Shown here piece by piece: positions 11,942 to 24,982 of a stretch of DNA of 64,000 nt; the stretch's first letter is position 1, and each line of letters opens with the position of its first letter. The position numbers and the translations under genes were made by a program. The stretch lies in the NCBI GenBank assembly GCA_964188305.1, contig OZ076901.1; one strand, 5' to 3'. A model generated the notes under the pieces. The model saw only the letters and a program-made list of their open reading frames with translations, had not been told where the DNA came from and did no database searches. The DNA is from Podarcis bocagei. Its lineage: Eukaryota.

Positions 11942-12281
11942 TTATAAAACCTGTTTAAAAATAATATGCAGGAGAAGCAGATGCAACGGAGGGAGGCAGT
12001 TCCAGCCTCTGAAGGCAGCACCAGTTCCCCCAACGGGAAAGTGGGTGTAGAAAACCCTTTTCTCCCTCACTCACAACACTAGAATACAGGGACACCCAGC
12101 GAAGCTGAACAATGGACGTTTCAGGGCACATAAAAGGAAGGGAGTCTCAAGTAACGCTGGGGTTACGTTTTGGGGGTCGCACGTAAAGCCAAAATCCTTT
12201 ATAGCCAAAACACATTGGGTTCAATGGCGGGCGGAATTGCCAAAGTCCTTTTTTCACGCAACTCTGCCACCTTTTTAATTA

Positions 12282-12539
12282 CCATATTTTTTTGCTCTAT
12301 AAGACTCACTTTTTCCCTCCTAAAAAGTAAGGGGAAATGTGTGTGCGTCTTATGGAGCGAATACAGGCTGCGCAGCTATCCCAGAAGCCAGAACAGCAAG
12401 AGGGATTGCTGATTTCACTGCGCAGCGATCCCTCTTGCTGTTCTGGCTTCCAGGATTCAGAATTTTTTCCCTTGTTTTCCTCCTCCAAAAACTAGGTGTG
12501 TCTTGTGGTCTGATGTGTCTTATAGAGTGAAAAATACGG
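12282..12539. mobile_element. Tc2/pogo-like MITE with central hairpin
   Basis: TA-CC(G/A)TATTTTT...AAAAATACGG-TA; internal inverted repeat AAGCCAGAACAGCAAGAGGGAT / ATCCCTCTTGCTGTTCTGGCTT. Confidence 0.82.
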
Positions 12540-14086
12540 TAATTGATTGCCAAGCAAATAAAGCTGAATGCACATAAATGTGTGCAAGCTGTGAGGTACC
12601 TGTACTTATTTAGGCTCTTGTGCTCAGCTTCTGCTTGCAGGTTTCCCATAATAGGCATCTGGTTGATACCTGTGGGAACAGGACTAGATGAGCCCTTGGT
12701 CCGATCCAGCAGAGCTTTCCTTAACGTTTTTATGGCCAAGGGACAGAAGGCAGATTCCTCTTTAAATCAACCTTTTTTTCCAGAACCATGAGGACTAGGA
12801 TCTTAGGGAAATGGCCACAGGGCACCTGCTTGGCATGCAGAAGGTTCCAGCTTCAATCCCTGCAATCTCCAAGTAGGATGGGGGGAAACTCCTGCCTGAA
12901 TCCATGGAGAGCCGCTGCCAGTCAGGGGTGGGAGGACTTTTCTGGCCAAAGGGCAACCTTCTGGAAGCTGCATGGCAGGAAAGGGTTAGGCTAAAGGTAA
13001 AGGAAAATGAACACAGCGATGGATAGAATCATATAATTGTAGAGTTGTAGCGTCCACATGAGGACTGAGCTAAGATACAGCAATGAACTGGCTTGGTAGA
13101 AGGTCATTTCCTGTGTTCTGGGATGTTTTGGGGAAGTTCTGATCATTCCTGCTGTAAACATCTGGATTCTACACATTCCATAGAATCAATTATCAGAATA
13201 TTTGGAGATTTATTAATCCACTGGCCTAGCAATGGAGTCAGCATTTACTTTTCACTGGGGATCAGGAGGCCGGATCCTTCGCGAGAGATCATGCAAGGAA
13301 ACAGCATTCACACATCCATTCCAGGGAGAAAATAAATTGAGGCAGCCAAACTGTCTTTATTTTCTCATTTCTACAGACTCTAGATTGGTGTCTGGGAATT
13401 CTGGGGGGAAGGAAGGGGGGGTCTCCTTTATTTTTGGATGAAAATATCTCTGTCTTCCATTTCTTTTCTGCAAGAGATTGTATCGTATTTTTGTCTTTAT
13501 ACTTCTTGGCATGATGACAAATAAACAGAAAAGTTACCATGCATGGTCAAAACCTGGGCTGGACTCAAGTCTGTTGAAACAGTCCCTTCCAGATCGTGAA
13601 GCGGGAGGTACCAGTTAAATAAAAGCCCTTGCCAGAGGTCTCTTAAAAATGAAATACCCATTGCTCGCTGCACCCAGCCTCATTTTCTACTCCTGACTGC
13701 TGAGATGTTGTGGAATTCAGGACTTCGTAAGAGGCTGCCTGCTGTCTCTCTCCAGGAGTCTCCGCTCTGAGTCAGGCAATACACCTGTGTTGACCCCAGC
13801 CCTGTGTGTTTCAGAGGTGAGCTCCTGCGGGGATGGCCAGCCCTGCTCTAACCAACACAAATGGGGAGGTTTAATGCAGGTGCAATTCAGGAAAATAATA
13901 ATAAATTAGGTCTTGCCTATCTGAAGTTTGGGGAACAGCAATCTGGTTAAAGCGACATTGCAGCTGCAAAGAAACCCTGTAAACTGCAGCCCTTAAAAAT
14001 GCTTCTTTGCCTGAGCAGCTTCTCTCCTCCAATGGGTGCACCTTGTGGAAACTTGTCGGCATCTCAGTGCAAACCTCTCCCAATAT

Positions 14087-14087
14087 A

Positions 14088-14141
<54 letters not shown>

Positions 14142-14625
14142 TTATTTATACCCCGCCCATCTGGCTGAGTTTCCCCAGCCACCCTGGCTCGCAATCGAGT
14201 GTGAAAAACAATACAGCATTAAATATTAAAAACTTCCTTAAACAGGGCTGCCTTCAGATGTCTTTTAAAAATAGGATAGCTGCTTATTTCCTTGACATCT
14301 GGTGGGAGGGCGTTCCACAGGGCGTCGCCACCACCAAGAAGGCCCTCTGCCTGGTTCCCTGTAACTTGGCTTCTCGCAGCGAGGGAACCGCCAGAAGGCC
14401 CTCGGCGCTGGACCTCAGCGTCCGGGCAGAACGATGGGGGTGGAGACGTTTCTTCAGGTATACAGGACCGAGGCCGTTTAGGGCTTTCAAGGTCAGCACC
14501 AACACTTTGAATGGTGCTTGGAAATGTACTGGGAGCCAATGTAGGTCTTTCAAGACCGGTGTTATGTGGTCTCGGCAGCCGCCCCCAGTCACCAGTCTAG
14601 CTGCCGCATTCTGGATTAGTTGTAG
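14087..14625 (-). mobile_element. L2-clade LINE 3' end with (TTA)n tail
   Basis: LQLIQNAAARLVTG...DHITPVLKDLHWLPVHFQAPFKVLVLTLKALNGLGPVYL. Confidence 0.88.
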
Positions 14626-15129
14626 TCCTTCTACATGCAGTGCATAAACTATGGAACTCCCTCCCACAAGTGATGCCACCAACTTGGATGGTTTTAAAAG
14701 ATGAATTTGCAGAGGATAATGTTTTTATGACTCCGAAGGCCATGTCTCCACAGTTGCAGGCAGAAATGCTTTTGCATCTCAGTCCCTGGAAACCACAGCA
14801 GGGAAGAGGGCTCTTGTGTTGGGCCCTGCTTGAGGGTTTCCCTCCATGGCCACTGTGAGACCAGGATGTTGGGCCTGATCCAGCAGCCTCTCCTTATCCT
14901 TATGGTCTTCACGTTAACCAGCCTGGCTGATGCGGAAATGGGATGCTGGGAGTCTTCAGTCCAGCAAGATCTGGAGGGCTGCAGGTTCCCCGAGACAGAT
15001 AAGCAGAAAGACAAGGCTTTCAGAGCTGGAAGCTGAATTCAGCTACCAAAACGGAACTTTGCAACTTTGTCCAGAATGAGTTGCGAGCTGCTGGGATTTG
15101 GACTGCAGGGGTCTACAGCCAGCAGCGAC

Positions 15130-15370
15130 AGAATGGATCCAAACTACAAGAAAGAAGATTCCACCTAAACATTAGGAAGAGCTTCCTGACAGTAAGAGCT
15201 GTTTGACAGTGGAATTTGCTGCCAAGGAGTGTGGTGGAGTCTCCTGCTTTGGAGGTCTTTAAGCAGAGGCTTGACAACCATATGTCAGGAGTGCTCTGAT
15301 GGTGTTTCCTGCTTGTTGGACTCGATGGCCCTTGTGGTCTATTCCAACTCTATGATTCTATGATTCTATG
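15130..15370 (+). mobile_element. CR1 LINE 3' end
   Basis: AGATTCCACCTAAACATTAGGAAGA...CAGTGGAA; (ATTCTATG)n tail. Confidence 0.85.
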
Positions 15371-15898
15371 AATCCCGCTTTGCAGCAACGCCCGCCACCA
15401 CCTCCCCAAAAGCAGGTTCCCTCCGGAGGCCTTTTCTTCCCCCGAGTGGATCTGCTGCAACTCTCTTCCTATCCGGCTCTCCCTGCCAAATGGAAGCGAG
15501 TTCACGGCAACAGCCAAGCTTGCATTATCGCAGCAAAGCAAATTAAAAATAAAATCAAACACAACCCGCCTTTCCCCCCTCGTCATCATCTCCCGAGCGC
15601 CGGCTGTAAGCCAGTTTACACAATCAGCAAAATTGATCTGTAAAGTGTGGGAGGAGGGGGGCTGAGAGCATCTGTTCCGCTTGCAGAAAGCGCCAGGTTC
15701 AACCCGCCCCTGTGACATATCTCCAGATGTGGCCAGGAATGTCTCTTGCTTGAATCCCCAGAGAGCTGCTGCTGCTGCTACTGCCAGTAAGTGTGGAAAC
15801 ACTGAGCTGTCTGGATCACAGGTCAGAATCTGTATAAGGCATATGCTTACATTTCAACCCTTTTTCAGAGCCATGAGGACTAACATCTTGGTTTATTT

Positions 15899-16675
15899 AT
15901 TTTTTTAAATAAATATTTTGTTAAGTTTTCACAATAAGAAACAAAGAAAATACAAAATCACAAAAAACAATACAATACAAAAATACAAACATTAAACACA
16001 TCAAAAGAAAAAGAAAAAAGACATAAAAAACATAGAAAAAAAGGTTCACTTTCTTAAATGTTATTTCCATCACCCTCTTTCTTGACTCCCTCACATCTCC
16101 CTTTTCTGTGTTCCCATTTACAAAATCTTATTCAGCAATATTTCACCTTTTTTCAAGTCTTATTTTATATTATACACTTCAACTATTATGTCTCCAATTT
16201 TTCCCCTTTATTATCTATTTATTTATTTAAGCTTGACATAATATTGTTCAAATTTTACCTTTGTTCTTATAAACCAATTTTGCATGCTCCTTTCAAGTAT
16301 ATCACTAATGCCACGTTATCTTTATAACCTGCATCATTCTAACATTCATACAGTTTACAATGCTTTTGCAAATAATCCTTAAATTTCTTCCAGTCCTCTT
16401 CCACTGTCTCTTCCCCCAGGTCTCGAATTCTGCCAGTCATTTCTGCCAATTCCATGTAGTCAATCAGTTGCGTCTGCCATTCTTCCAACGTGGGCAAATC
16501 TTCTGTCTTCCAGTACTTTGCGATAAGTATTCTTGCTGCTGTTGTCGCATACATAAAGTTCTGTCCTTCTTTGGCACCATTTGGCCGGCAATGCTCAAAA
16601 GGAAGGCCTCTGGTTTCTTAAGGAAGGTATATTTAAATACCTTTTTTAGTTCATTATAGATCATTTCCCAGAAGG
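15899..16675 (-). mobile_element. L1-clade LINE 3' end with TSD
   Basis: YATTAARILIAKYWK...PTLEEWQ...; A-rich tail; 17-bp TSD AACATCTTGGTTTATTT at 15882-15898 and 16676-16692. Confidence 0.88.
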
Positions 16676-17111
16676 AACATCTTGGTTTATTTTAAGGGGA
16701 GCAACCAGAGCTGTTTGGTGCAGCCGCCTCCTTTGCATGCAGGAGGTCCCAAATTCAATCCCCTAGTGGCATCTCAAGTTAGGGCTGTGAACGCAGCACT
16801 AAATGTCACCCCAGAAAGCCCCCAGCCAACACTTTGGGGTGCTACACTGCTTCAGCATATTCTGGGTTCGTAGAGGGATTTTTGCCTTCTCAGCTCGTGA
16901 CTTTATGGGCCAGTGGACAAGACCCGCAGCACGGATCTTTACAGCTAAGGCAAAATTCGTGTTTCCATCTCTGCTTGCCTGGTGGGAGACGTGCTAACTG
17001 GCTTGTCCAATTAGATTAAGGCTTTGGGTACAGAAGCGAGAAAACATAACTCCTCTTAGATGGAAGGGGGGTAGGAACCACGAACAAGCACATTCCTTGA
17101 AAAGCTTACAG

Positions 17112-17361
17112 CAGGGGCCTGCAAACTTTTTCAGCAGGGGGCCGGTCCACTGTCCCTCAGCCCTTGTGGGGAGCCGGACTATATTTTGAGGGGGAAAATG
17201 AACAAATTCCTCTGCCCCACAAATAACCCAGAGATGCATTTTAAATAAAAGCACACATTCTACTCATGTAAAAACACGCTGATTCCCGGACCGTCCGCGG
17301 GCCGGATTAAGAAGGCGATTGGACTGGATCTGGCCCCGGGGCCTTAGTTTGCTCACCCCTG
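17112..17361. mobile_element. hAT MITE
   Basis: CAGGGG...CCCCTG termini; 8-bp TSD GCTTACAG / GTTTACAG. Confidence 0.82.
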
Positions 17362-19357
17362 GTTTACAGAGAATTGTCTCAGCAGAGAAGAGCCCCAGAA
17401 CCTATTTGAAAGGCCACAAACGTATTTGCAGACCTGAAGGGAGAGGAGGCACAGACACTATTCTAATCCATTAACTTTGCAGTGAAAAGCTTGATCTGTA
17501 GGACTCATGACATAGCTGATTGAAACCATGATGAATTTGGGAATACCTTCACTGTTGGAGGCTGGATGCCCCCGAATACGTCTGCTGGGAGTCACAGACA
17601 GAGAGAGTGTCGCTGTGGTGCTCAGAGGTCCTGCCTGTGCAATTCCCTTTGGGGCACTGCTTGGTCACTATAAGAAGCTGGACTACATGGGCCTCCTCTG
17701 GCCTGATCCAGCTGTGGGCTCTTCTTATGGAAACTCCAGGTCCAAAGGCAGTCTATCTTGGTTCTTAGGTTCTTAGGTGAATTTGATCACCGTAAGAAGA
17801 TGTCGCTGGTTCAGAGGGGCTTCCTTTGACCCAATTCAGCTGAAGAGCTCTTCTCATTAATTAGTCACAGGCAACTTTTTACCATTGGTGTACTTTTAAC
17901 ATACAATTAAGGTAATAAGAGATACCTTTTCCATTATATTAAAGGCTCAAGGGTGTTTTTTAAAGAAACCATGTTAAGGAATGACAAAATAATCATACAA
18001 GAGAGAGAAGCAGGAGCAGCAAACCCAACCCAATTCTGTAGCCAACCTGCAAACCATGTAACAACCACCAGGCATTATATAAGCAACACACCCTCTCAAT
18101 TCATTTGGAGACATTAAAATTAACAGGTTAAAATGTCTTCAGGAAACAAATGTCTGCACAGTGGCAGAAAACCATCGGTGAAGGAGTGATCTGGCCTTCC
18201 TTGGCCAGAAGATCCAAAGTTGTCATTATCTTATGAACATGAGGACTAGAAACTTGGATTTTAAACACAAACAAATCCCCACCCCCTCCTCCAATTGCTA
18301 AGAGATTCTTAAGATTCAAAGCACAGAGGCTGCGTCCTGGGAGGTTGTTCCAATTCTTTCCATGCGTTTGACCTGCTTTTGACTCTCGGCCACGAGAGGT
18401 TCCCCTGTGGCTGAAGTCAGCCTGGGAGGTGGGATTTGGGGAGCAAGTCCAAAGTGAAGCACGAGAGAAGGATTGGACAAGACAGGATGTAATCCCAAGG
18501 AGACCCTCACCCCCCACCCTCCTTGGCTGGACAGCCAACACACCTGAGACCAGCCAGGCAGGTGCAAAGTGAGATCAGAGCAGCTGCAGATGCCAGCTTC
18601 TTCCACCTTCTATATTATTAATAAATACAACAACCCGATGGGTCCCCATGAATAATAGATCCCGAAAGGAAGATGATTTCCCCTTCGCAGGAGTACATTT
18701 CCATCAAAAAGGGCTAAGGCAGATTCATCCATTTCTTTACACACATACTCGCCTCCCCCTTCATTTTGCTTAATTGCCTTTGTGTCTTATTTTAGATCTA
18801 GAACCAGCTTGCAATTATTTGACCCAAGAAGAACTGAGGGGGGAAAGAGGGGATTCAAACAGAAGAACTGTGGAAACAGGGAGATTAAGGAGAAGACCTT
18901 GAGGACACAGCAAGGCTTGTGGATTATTATTATTATTATCAATTTTCTTCCATCTGAAGATCAGAGGGCAGTTTGCAATAGAAAAGCACCAAAATACGTT
19001 ATCAGTGTGATTGCCAGTTGCTTGGGTCTTGCTTGTGGGATTTCCTGTGGGGCGCGTGGTTAGCCCCTGTGAGAACAGGATGCTGGGAACTAGATGGGCT
19101 ACTGGCCTGATCCAGCAGGCTCTTTTCTGATTTTCTTATGCTTTTCAGGAGTTTAAGGAAAAAGTAGGCGGAGGTATGACTGCAAATATAGCCCCTCCCC
19201 CTGCCAACAGCACAGAGGGGACCTTTTCTGCAGTGGCCTGAGACAGAGCCGTTGGTTCGTACCTGAAAGGTAGTTCTGTGTTGCAGCATCATTGTGTCGT
19301 TGACACCGATGAACCATGCTTCCATACGCCCCTTTGTTTTCAGATAATACATGGGTA

Positions 19358-19712
19358 AAGTAAGGGTAAAGGGACCCCTGACCGTTTAGGTCCAGTCGCA
19401 GACGACTCTGGGGTTGCGGCGCTCATCTCGCTTTATTGGCCGAGGGAGCTGGCGTACAGCTTCTGGGTCATGTGGCCAGCAGGACTAAGCCGCTTCTTGC
19501 GAACCAGAGCAGCGCACGGAAACACCGTTTACCTTCCCGCCAGAGCGGTACCTATTTATCTACTTGCACTTGATGTGCTTTCGAACTGCTAGGTTGGCAG
19601 GAGCAGTGACTGAGCAACGGGAGCTCACCCCATCATGGGGATTCGAACCGCCAACCTTCTGATTGGCAAGTCCTAGGCTCTGTGGTTTAACCCACAGCGC
19701 CTCCCGCATCCC
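19358..19712 (-). mobile_element. Sauria SINE (Squam1-type)
   Basis: tRNA-like head GGGA.GCGGGTGGCGCTGTGGGTTAAACC, body GCAAGTAGATAAATAGGTACCGCT, (ACCTTT)n tail. Confidence 0.85.
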
Positions 19713-19803
19713 AATAGATAGGTAGATGTGTCTAAAAAGTCTGGGATATAACTTTTCATGACTCTTTAGTGGCTATGGTGACTCATTTACCAGAAGTAAT
19801 GTA

Positions 19804-20042
19804 CAGTGGTACCTTGGTACTCGAATGGCTTGGCTCCTGAACAAATTGGCTCCCCAAACGCCGCAAACCCGGAAGTGTTTTGGTTTGCGAATGTTTTTGG
19901 GAAGCTGAACATCCAATGCAGCTTCTGCTTGAGTGCAGGAAGCTCCTGCAGCCAATCGGAAGCCGTGCCTTGGTTTTCGAACGGTTTCAGGAGCCGAACG
20001 GACTCCTGGAACAGATGAAGTTCAAGAACCAAGGTACGACTG
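19804..20042. mobile_element. Tc1/mariner MITE
   Basis: TA-CAGTGGTACCTTGGT...ACCAAGGTACGACTG-TA. Confidence 0.82.
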
Positions 20043-21831
20043 TACTTGATTCTGACCAAACAAAGCTACTTAGAGCGAAATATACAGGAGAAATGTACAG
20101 GAGGCCTCTGCAAGATATCCCACCGGAAATCAGAATCGATGCTGGTGCCACTTCTCTGCCAGGGCGGTGAGGTGGGAGGCACACCCACTGGGGTGGTGGC
20201 TTCATCCCACCTAATGGTAGGGCCGGCACTGTTCCTATTCCTGGTTCAGCTTTGACGCCGCTGGTGGTTGTGCTGGAGGCTGGGACCTTTGGAACTGGTA
20301 GGGCAGAAGAGAGGGAGACCAACAGTAGGGGGCACCAGATCCAATGGGAAGTGGAGACACTCCCTGGCCTGGTTAGAATACCAGAACTGTAGAACCACAA
20401 AGGTAATCTTGCAACGCAGGAAACTTTTGCCCAATGTGGGGCTAGAACACCCAACCCTGAGATTAAGTCTCATGCTCTACTGACTGAGCTTGGGTTGTAG
20501 GTAAGGAAGAAAGCTGAGGTGGGGATTGGATGAGGTGGGGATTGGATGAGCGCCCCCAATTGCCCCAATGAACTGGTCCTTAACACATACGTATAAATGG
20601 ATGGGTTGATACATATCCCACCTTTTTCTCCAAGGAGCTCAAGGTGGTGAACATGGTTCTCTCCCTCTTAATTTAATCCCCACAACAACCCTGTAAGGTA
20701 GGCTAAGCTGAGAGGCAGTGACTGGCTCAAGGTCGGCTAGTTAGCTTTGTGGCCCAGTGGGAATTTGAACCCTGGCCTCTCGTATCCTCGCCTAACACCC
20801 AAACCACACCACCACCACCACCACTGGCCACTTGCAGCTGCTCCGTCAAGAGAGCGGAAGACATCCTTGCAAAGCCCGACTTCGCACGAACCTTCTTGTG
20901 GCTGGAGGACCGGGCAAAACTCGAACTCACTACCCGCTCTCTGGGCTCGGTTGCAATGCATTTTTCCTGGGCTGCAGCAGACTGTGACTAACGAAGGGTG
21001 CGGTGGAAGCAGCGGCGTTTGTTGGGAGGCGGCCACTGGGGAGACATCACCCAGCACCGCTTCTCTGCTTCAGAGCTGCCGGGCATCTTCAGGGAGGCAA
21101 TTATGCCTGCCCAATTTGCAAGAGCAATGGCCTTGCGCTGTGCCGCTTGTCCCAGGATTTCCCCGCCCGTGGGCAGGAAGTGGAGAAGGCAGCTTTCAAA
21201 AGGATGTGAGAAGAGGATCAGAGTGAAGGTCTCTCCAGTTTGACGTCCCGTTGCCCACAGGGGCAACCAGGGGCCTGCAGGAAGGTTCCAGGCAGGAGGT
21301 GAAGGCAGCAGCCATCTTCTGTCGCTGTCATGGTATTGAGGGATGGACAGCCACTGAGGAAAGGGGGTTCATTTGGCTGCCCCCAAACTCATTGCCTGCC
21401 TGCCTCTCCTTGCCATCTCATTTGTAAGAGCTTTGGGAGAATGTAATGAGAACCTGCTGGACCAGGGCAATGGCACATCTAGTCTAGCATCCTCTACTCA
21501 ACAGAGGCAACTTCTGAAAAGCCCGCAAGCAGGACTCGGACACAAGAGCTCTCTCCCTTCCTGCAGTTTCCAGGAACCAGGATTCAGGAGCATGGCAGCC
21601 TCCGACCATGGAGGCAGAAGGCAGACATCATGGGCTGGTAGCCATCCTCCATGAATTTGTCTTATCTTCTTTTAAAGCCACCTAAGTTGGTGGCCATCAC
21701 TGCCTCCTGTGGCAGAGAGTTCCATAGTTTAATTCTGCATTTGCATGAAGAGATCCATTCTTTAATCCATCCCAACATTCAGCTTCAGTGGATGTCCACA
21801 AATTCTAGCGTTAAGAGAGAGGGAGATAAGT

Positions 21832-22234
21832 GGTGGCGCTGTGGGTTAAACTACAGAGCCTAGGACTTGCCGATCAGAAGGCTGGCAGTTCGAATCCCCA
21901 TGACGGGATGAGCTCCCGTTGCTCGGTCCCTGCTCCTGCCAACCTAGCAGTTCAAAAGCACATAAAAGTGCAAGTAGATAAATAGGTACCGCTCTGGCGG
22001 GAAGGTAAAGCACATCAAAGTGCAAGTAGATAAATAGGTACCGCTCTGGCGGGAAGGTAAATGGCGTTTCCGTGCGCTGCTCTGGTTCGCCAGAAGCAAC
22101 TTAATCATGCTGGCCACATGACCCAGAAGCTGTATGCAGGCTCCCTCGGCCAATAAAGCGAGATGAGTGCCGCAACACCAGAGTCGGCCACGACTGGACC
22201 TAATGGTCAGGGGTCCCTTTACCTTTACCTTTAC
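21832..22234 (+). mobile_element. Sauria SINE with internal 52-bp tandem duplication
   Basis: Same family; 21955-22006 repeated at 22007-22058; (ACCTTT)n tail. Confidence 0.85.
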
Positions 22235-22743
22235 TTATTCACTTTCTCCATGAAATGTATTTAAGGTGTCCATTGAGAGGGATATCTGGCCTCTAAAAAC
22301 CATTTCCTTCAAACCCACAGCTGACAATGCATAGTCAGTCTTCCCTGAGCCAAACGACACGTCTGGCAAAATCGCACAGCACAGATCCTGTAGGAGTGTG
22401 TACCAGTATGGATTACAGCAGGGGAACTCATTTTTGTTCTTTTCAATAGCTCCCCACATTTAAGAAGTAACAAACCACCCTGCACATGGAAAACTAGAGG
22501 ATCAAGGATTTAATATGAGCTAGCTTTCCACAGGCAGGGAGTGTCTGTGTGTGTTTTGAAACATGGAACATTCTGTTACATACTGATGTCTGCACCCTCT
22601 CTAGCTGAACGACATCGGTTCTGTATCTCATTCGCCACTGCTCCTAGCTCCCCACGAGTTCTCAAGATACACTCCAAATAGTCTTCCGCTGAATCTCGGG
22701 GAGGGGGAAAAGAACTAACAATTCTAAGATTAAATAAATGGAT

Positions 22744-22749
22744 TTTATT
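22744..22749 (-). terminator. Candidate GOSR1 poly(A) signal (3' UTR about 2.1 kb)
   Basis: AATAAA on the minus strand followed by U/GU-rich sequence; 22750-24857 is largely repeat-free and UTR-like. Confidence 0.45.
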
Positions 22750-24857
22750 TAGGATAGTGCTTAACTTATTACTTTGCCAGCTACAGAAAGCAACCCAGTC
22801 CTTCCCATCTCAGCAGAGTACAACCACCGTCGAAATGTGGCCAAGAAGTACAGAAGAAAATAAAAGAGAATCCAGGGGTCATCCTTTCCAACTCTGGTTG
22901 CAGAAATTTGATAGCAAATCCACTTAATTGCCCTTTAATCTTCCCCGTCACCAGTTTCCAAGTCAACAGTTTGTATGGAACCGAAGATATTTCCCTACTA
23001 TCAGCCATCTGTCCATTCCTTGTAAGCAAAGGATATAAACCCTGTAATTTTTTTGTTTAAGAAAATCAGCACTAACGGTAAAACGCCTTCAAAACCCAAA
23101 CAGGATCAACAGTTAAATCAGCTCAAGGAATTTGGAGCATCTGTAAAACGGCAGTTTTCTGAGTCTATCTGAACAGATCATGTATTAATTCCAATGGTTC
23201 AGGTTTGGATGTTGTTGCTCTTTGCACAAGGTGCACGGGATATGGTCTTTGCTGGGTTACTTGGAAGCCTCTAAGTTAAAGCAGTGACTGATGCAAAGTC
23301 TCTTGATCAGCCTTTGCCAACCTGGTGCCTCCAGATGTTTCGATGGCGTGTCATAGTCCAGAACACCTGGAAGGAAGGGCACCAGGCTGTCACAGGCTGC
23401 TCTAGTCCGACTCCCCACTTTCACTAAAAGAATGGGCGGAACACGGAATCCGCATTTGCTTCTATGGAAAACGGCGATCTCTTGTCTGAGTCTGGAGAGG
23501 CTGCCACAACAATTTGGTAATTTTTTTAAACCTATTTTTCTTTTTTTAAAAACCCCAAATCCCTGGAAATCCAGTGTCTGTTGTTAGAAAGAGGAGCAGG
23601 CTGCTTTAGGACAGGTTAGGAAGCCCGGGAGAAGAGAGCTCACAATTTGATTTCTTTTCTGGTGTGCGAAGGTGACATCTGAAGAGAAGACTGATTCATG
23701 CCAGTGAGGACAGAAAAGACACAAAAATAAATGCATCTGCAGCCATCCAACCCTCCCCACGACGTTGCAAGATCCAAAAGGACGTGTCTCTCTCTCTTTC
23801 TTAAGAGAAGTCCTTTAAAAATGAGCAAGGCCATCTATATCTCAACAGTTTTACGAAGAAAGATTCCAACAACACACAAGCCCTTCTCCACGTCAAACAT
23901 GATGGCCCTTATGTGTTCCCCTCATGCTCTGACTGCGCCTTCTCCCCGCCCCCCAAAAAACGCCACATACATTACAGTAGAAAACAATGTTTAGAATAGC
24001 TTTCCATCTAAATTAAAATAGATTATTTTTTTAAAAAACGGGTCCTATGTGAAGCCCTGGCCAGAGATATGAGTCAAGATGATAGGCTTTGGTCACTCTC
24101 AAAAAAGTCCCTTTCTCCAAAATGGGGATTTTATATCCCTCGCCCCACCCCCAGAGGATCTCCCCTCTTCCTTAAATCCACCAAGAATCCCTCCTGAACA
24201 TGCACAGATGTGCTGTGAAAAGGGAGCCAAGCAACTGGATCTCTCACAGGGATCTCCAAGAGGCAGGCGGCGGCTCAAAGTAACGCAGGAACAATCGAAT
24301 GGCTGGACCAGGCTAGAATTATTATATATATATATATTTTTAAAGAAACCAAATGTCTTCAAGCTGTATTCATAATAAAACCAGCACATGCTGGCTTGAA
24401 GCCACCTCAAGATCTTAAAACATTTGAGAAAGGCTTGACTCGACATTTTAGGGGCAGGTAGGTTTGAGAAAATTGGGGATGGATCTTTTTCGGGTCCCAG
24501 CCCCACCCAAAAAATGGTCCTAGCTGACACTAAAGGTGGCAGCGTTGTCACGCAGGTTTACTCACCTTGAGCCTACGCATATGTGTGTGTTTTTCAAAAG
24601 AAGGGAAGCGTTAATGCACATGTTTTGAGTACAACCGTAACTGAAAAGAGATGAAGGGGGAGACACCTCTGGGGGTTATGGCCGGCCTCAGAGAGAGGGA
24701 GCGTGACCCCCCCATGCCGCCCTCCTCTCTGCGTGACCCTCGGCTTCGATTTCACCAGAGGGAGTGGCACTCCAACAGTCTTTGCCTGCCTGTCCCTCCC
24801 AGACTAGGCAATGGACACCCCCCTCCAAGCTCAGAAGTCTCTGTGCAAAGCGTCCCG

Positions 24858-24982
24858 TCAATGGAAAGCGTAGAGTAACAAGAGGATGGTGCAGATCCCG
24901 ATTACGCCGCCCAGGATGAGGGAGTCCCGCCGCTTGCGGAAGTTGATCCGCTGGATCAGGCTGTTGACAGCTGGAAACCGGT
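24858..24982 (-). CDS. GOSR1: GOSR1 last coding exon (end of SNARE motif + C-terminal TM anchor)
   Basis: (N)RFPAVNSLIQRINFRKRRDSLILGGVIGICTILLLLYAFH-TGA, matching the GS28 C-terminus. Confidence 0.97.

Noticed and set aside
20427-20490. tRNA-Lys and tRNA-Ala-like sequences as functional tRNA genes
   Set aside because: Broken stems, degenerate B boxes and attached LINE-like tails mark them as SINE heads.
20737-21266. Cys-rich minus-strand ORF (VCCSPGKMHCN, loosely Ly6/three-finger-like) in a CpG-retaining patch
   Set aside because: No signal peptide, no partner exons, Cys spacing does not fit a LU domain, and the ORF runs into a SINE.
22235-23029. Short minus-strand ORFs downstream of GOSR1 as a possible extra gene
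   Set aside because: No recognisable protein similarity; better explained as GOSR1 3' UTR and flank.
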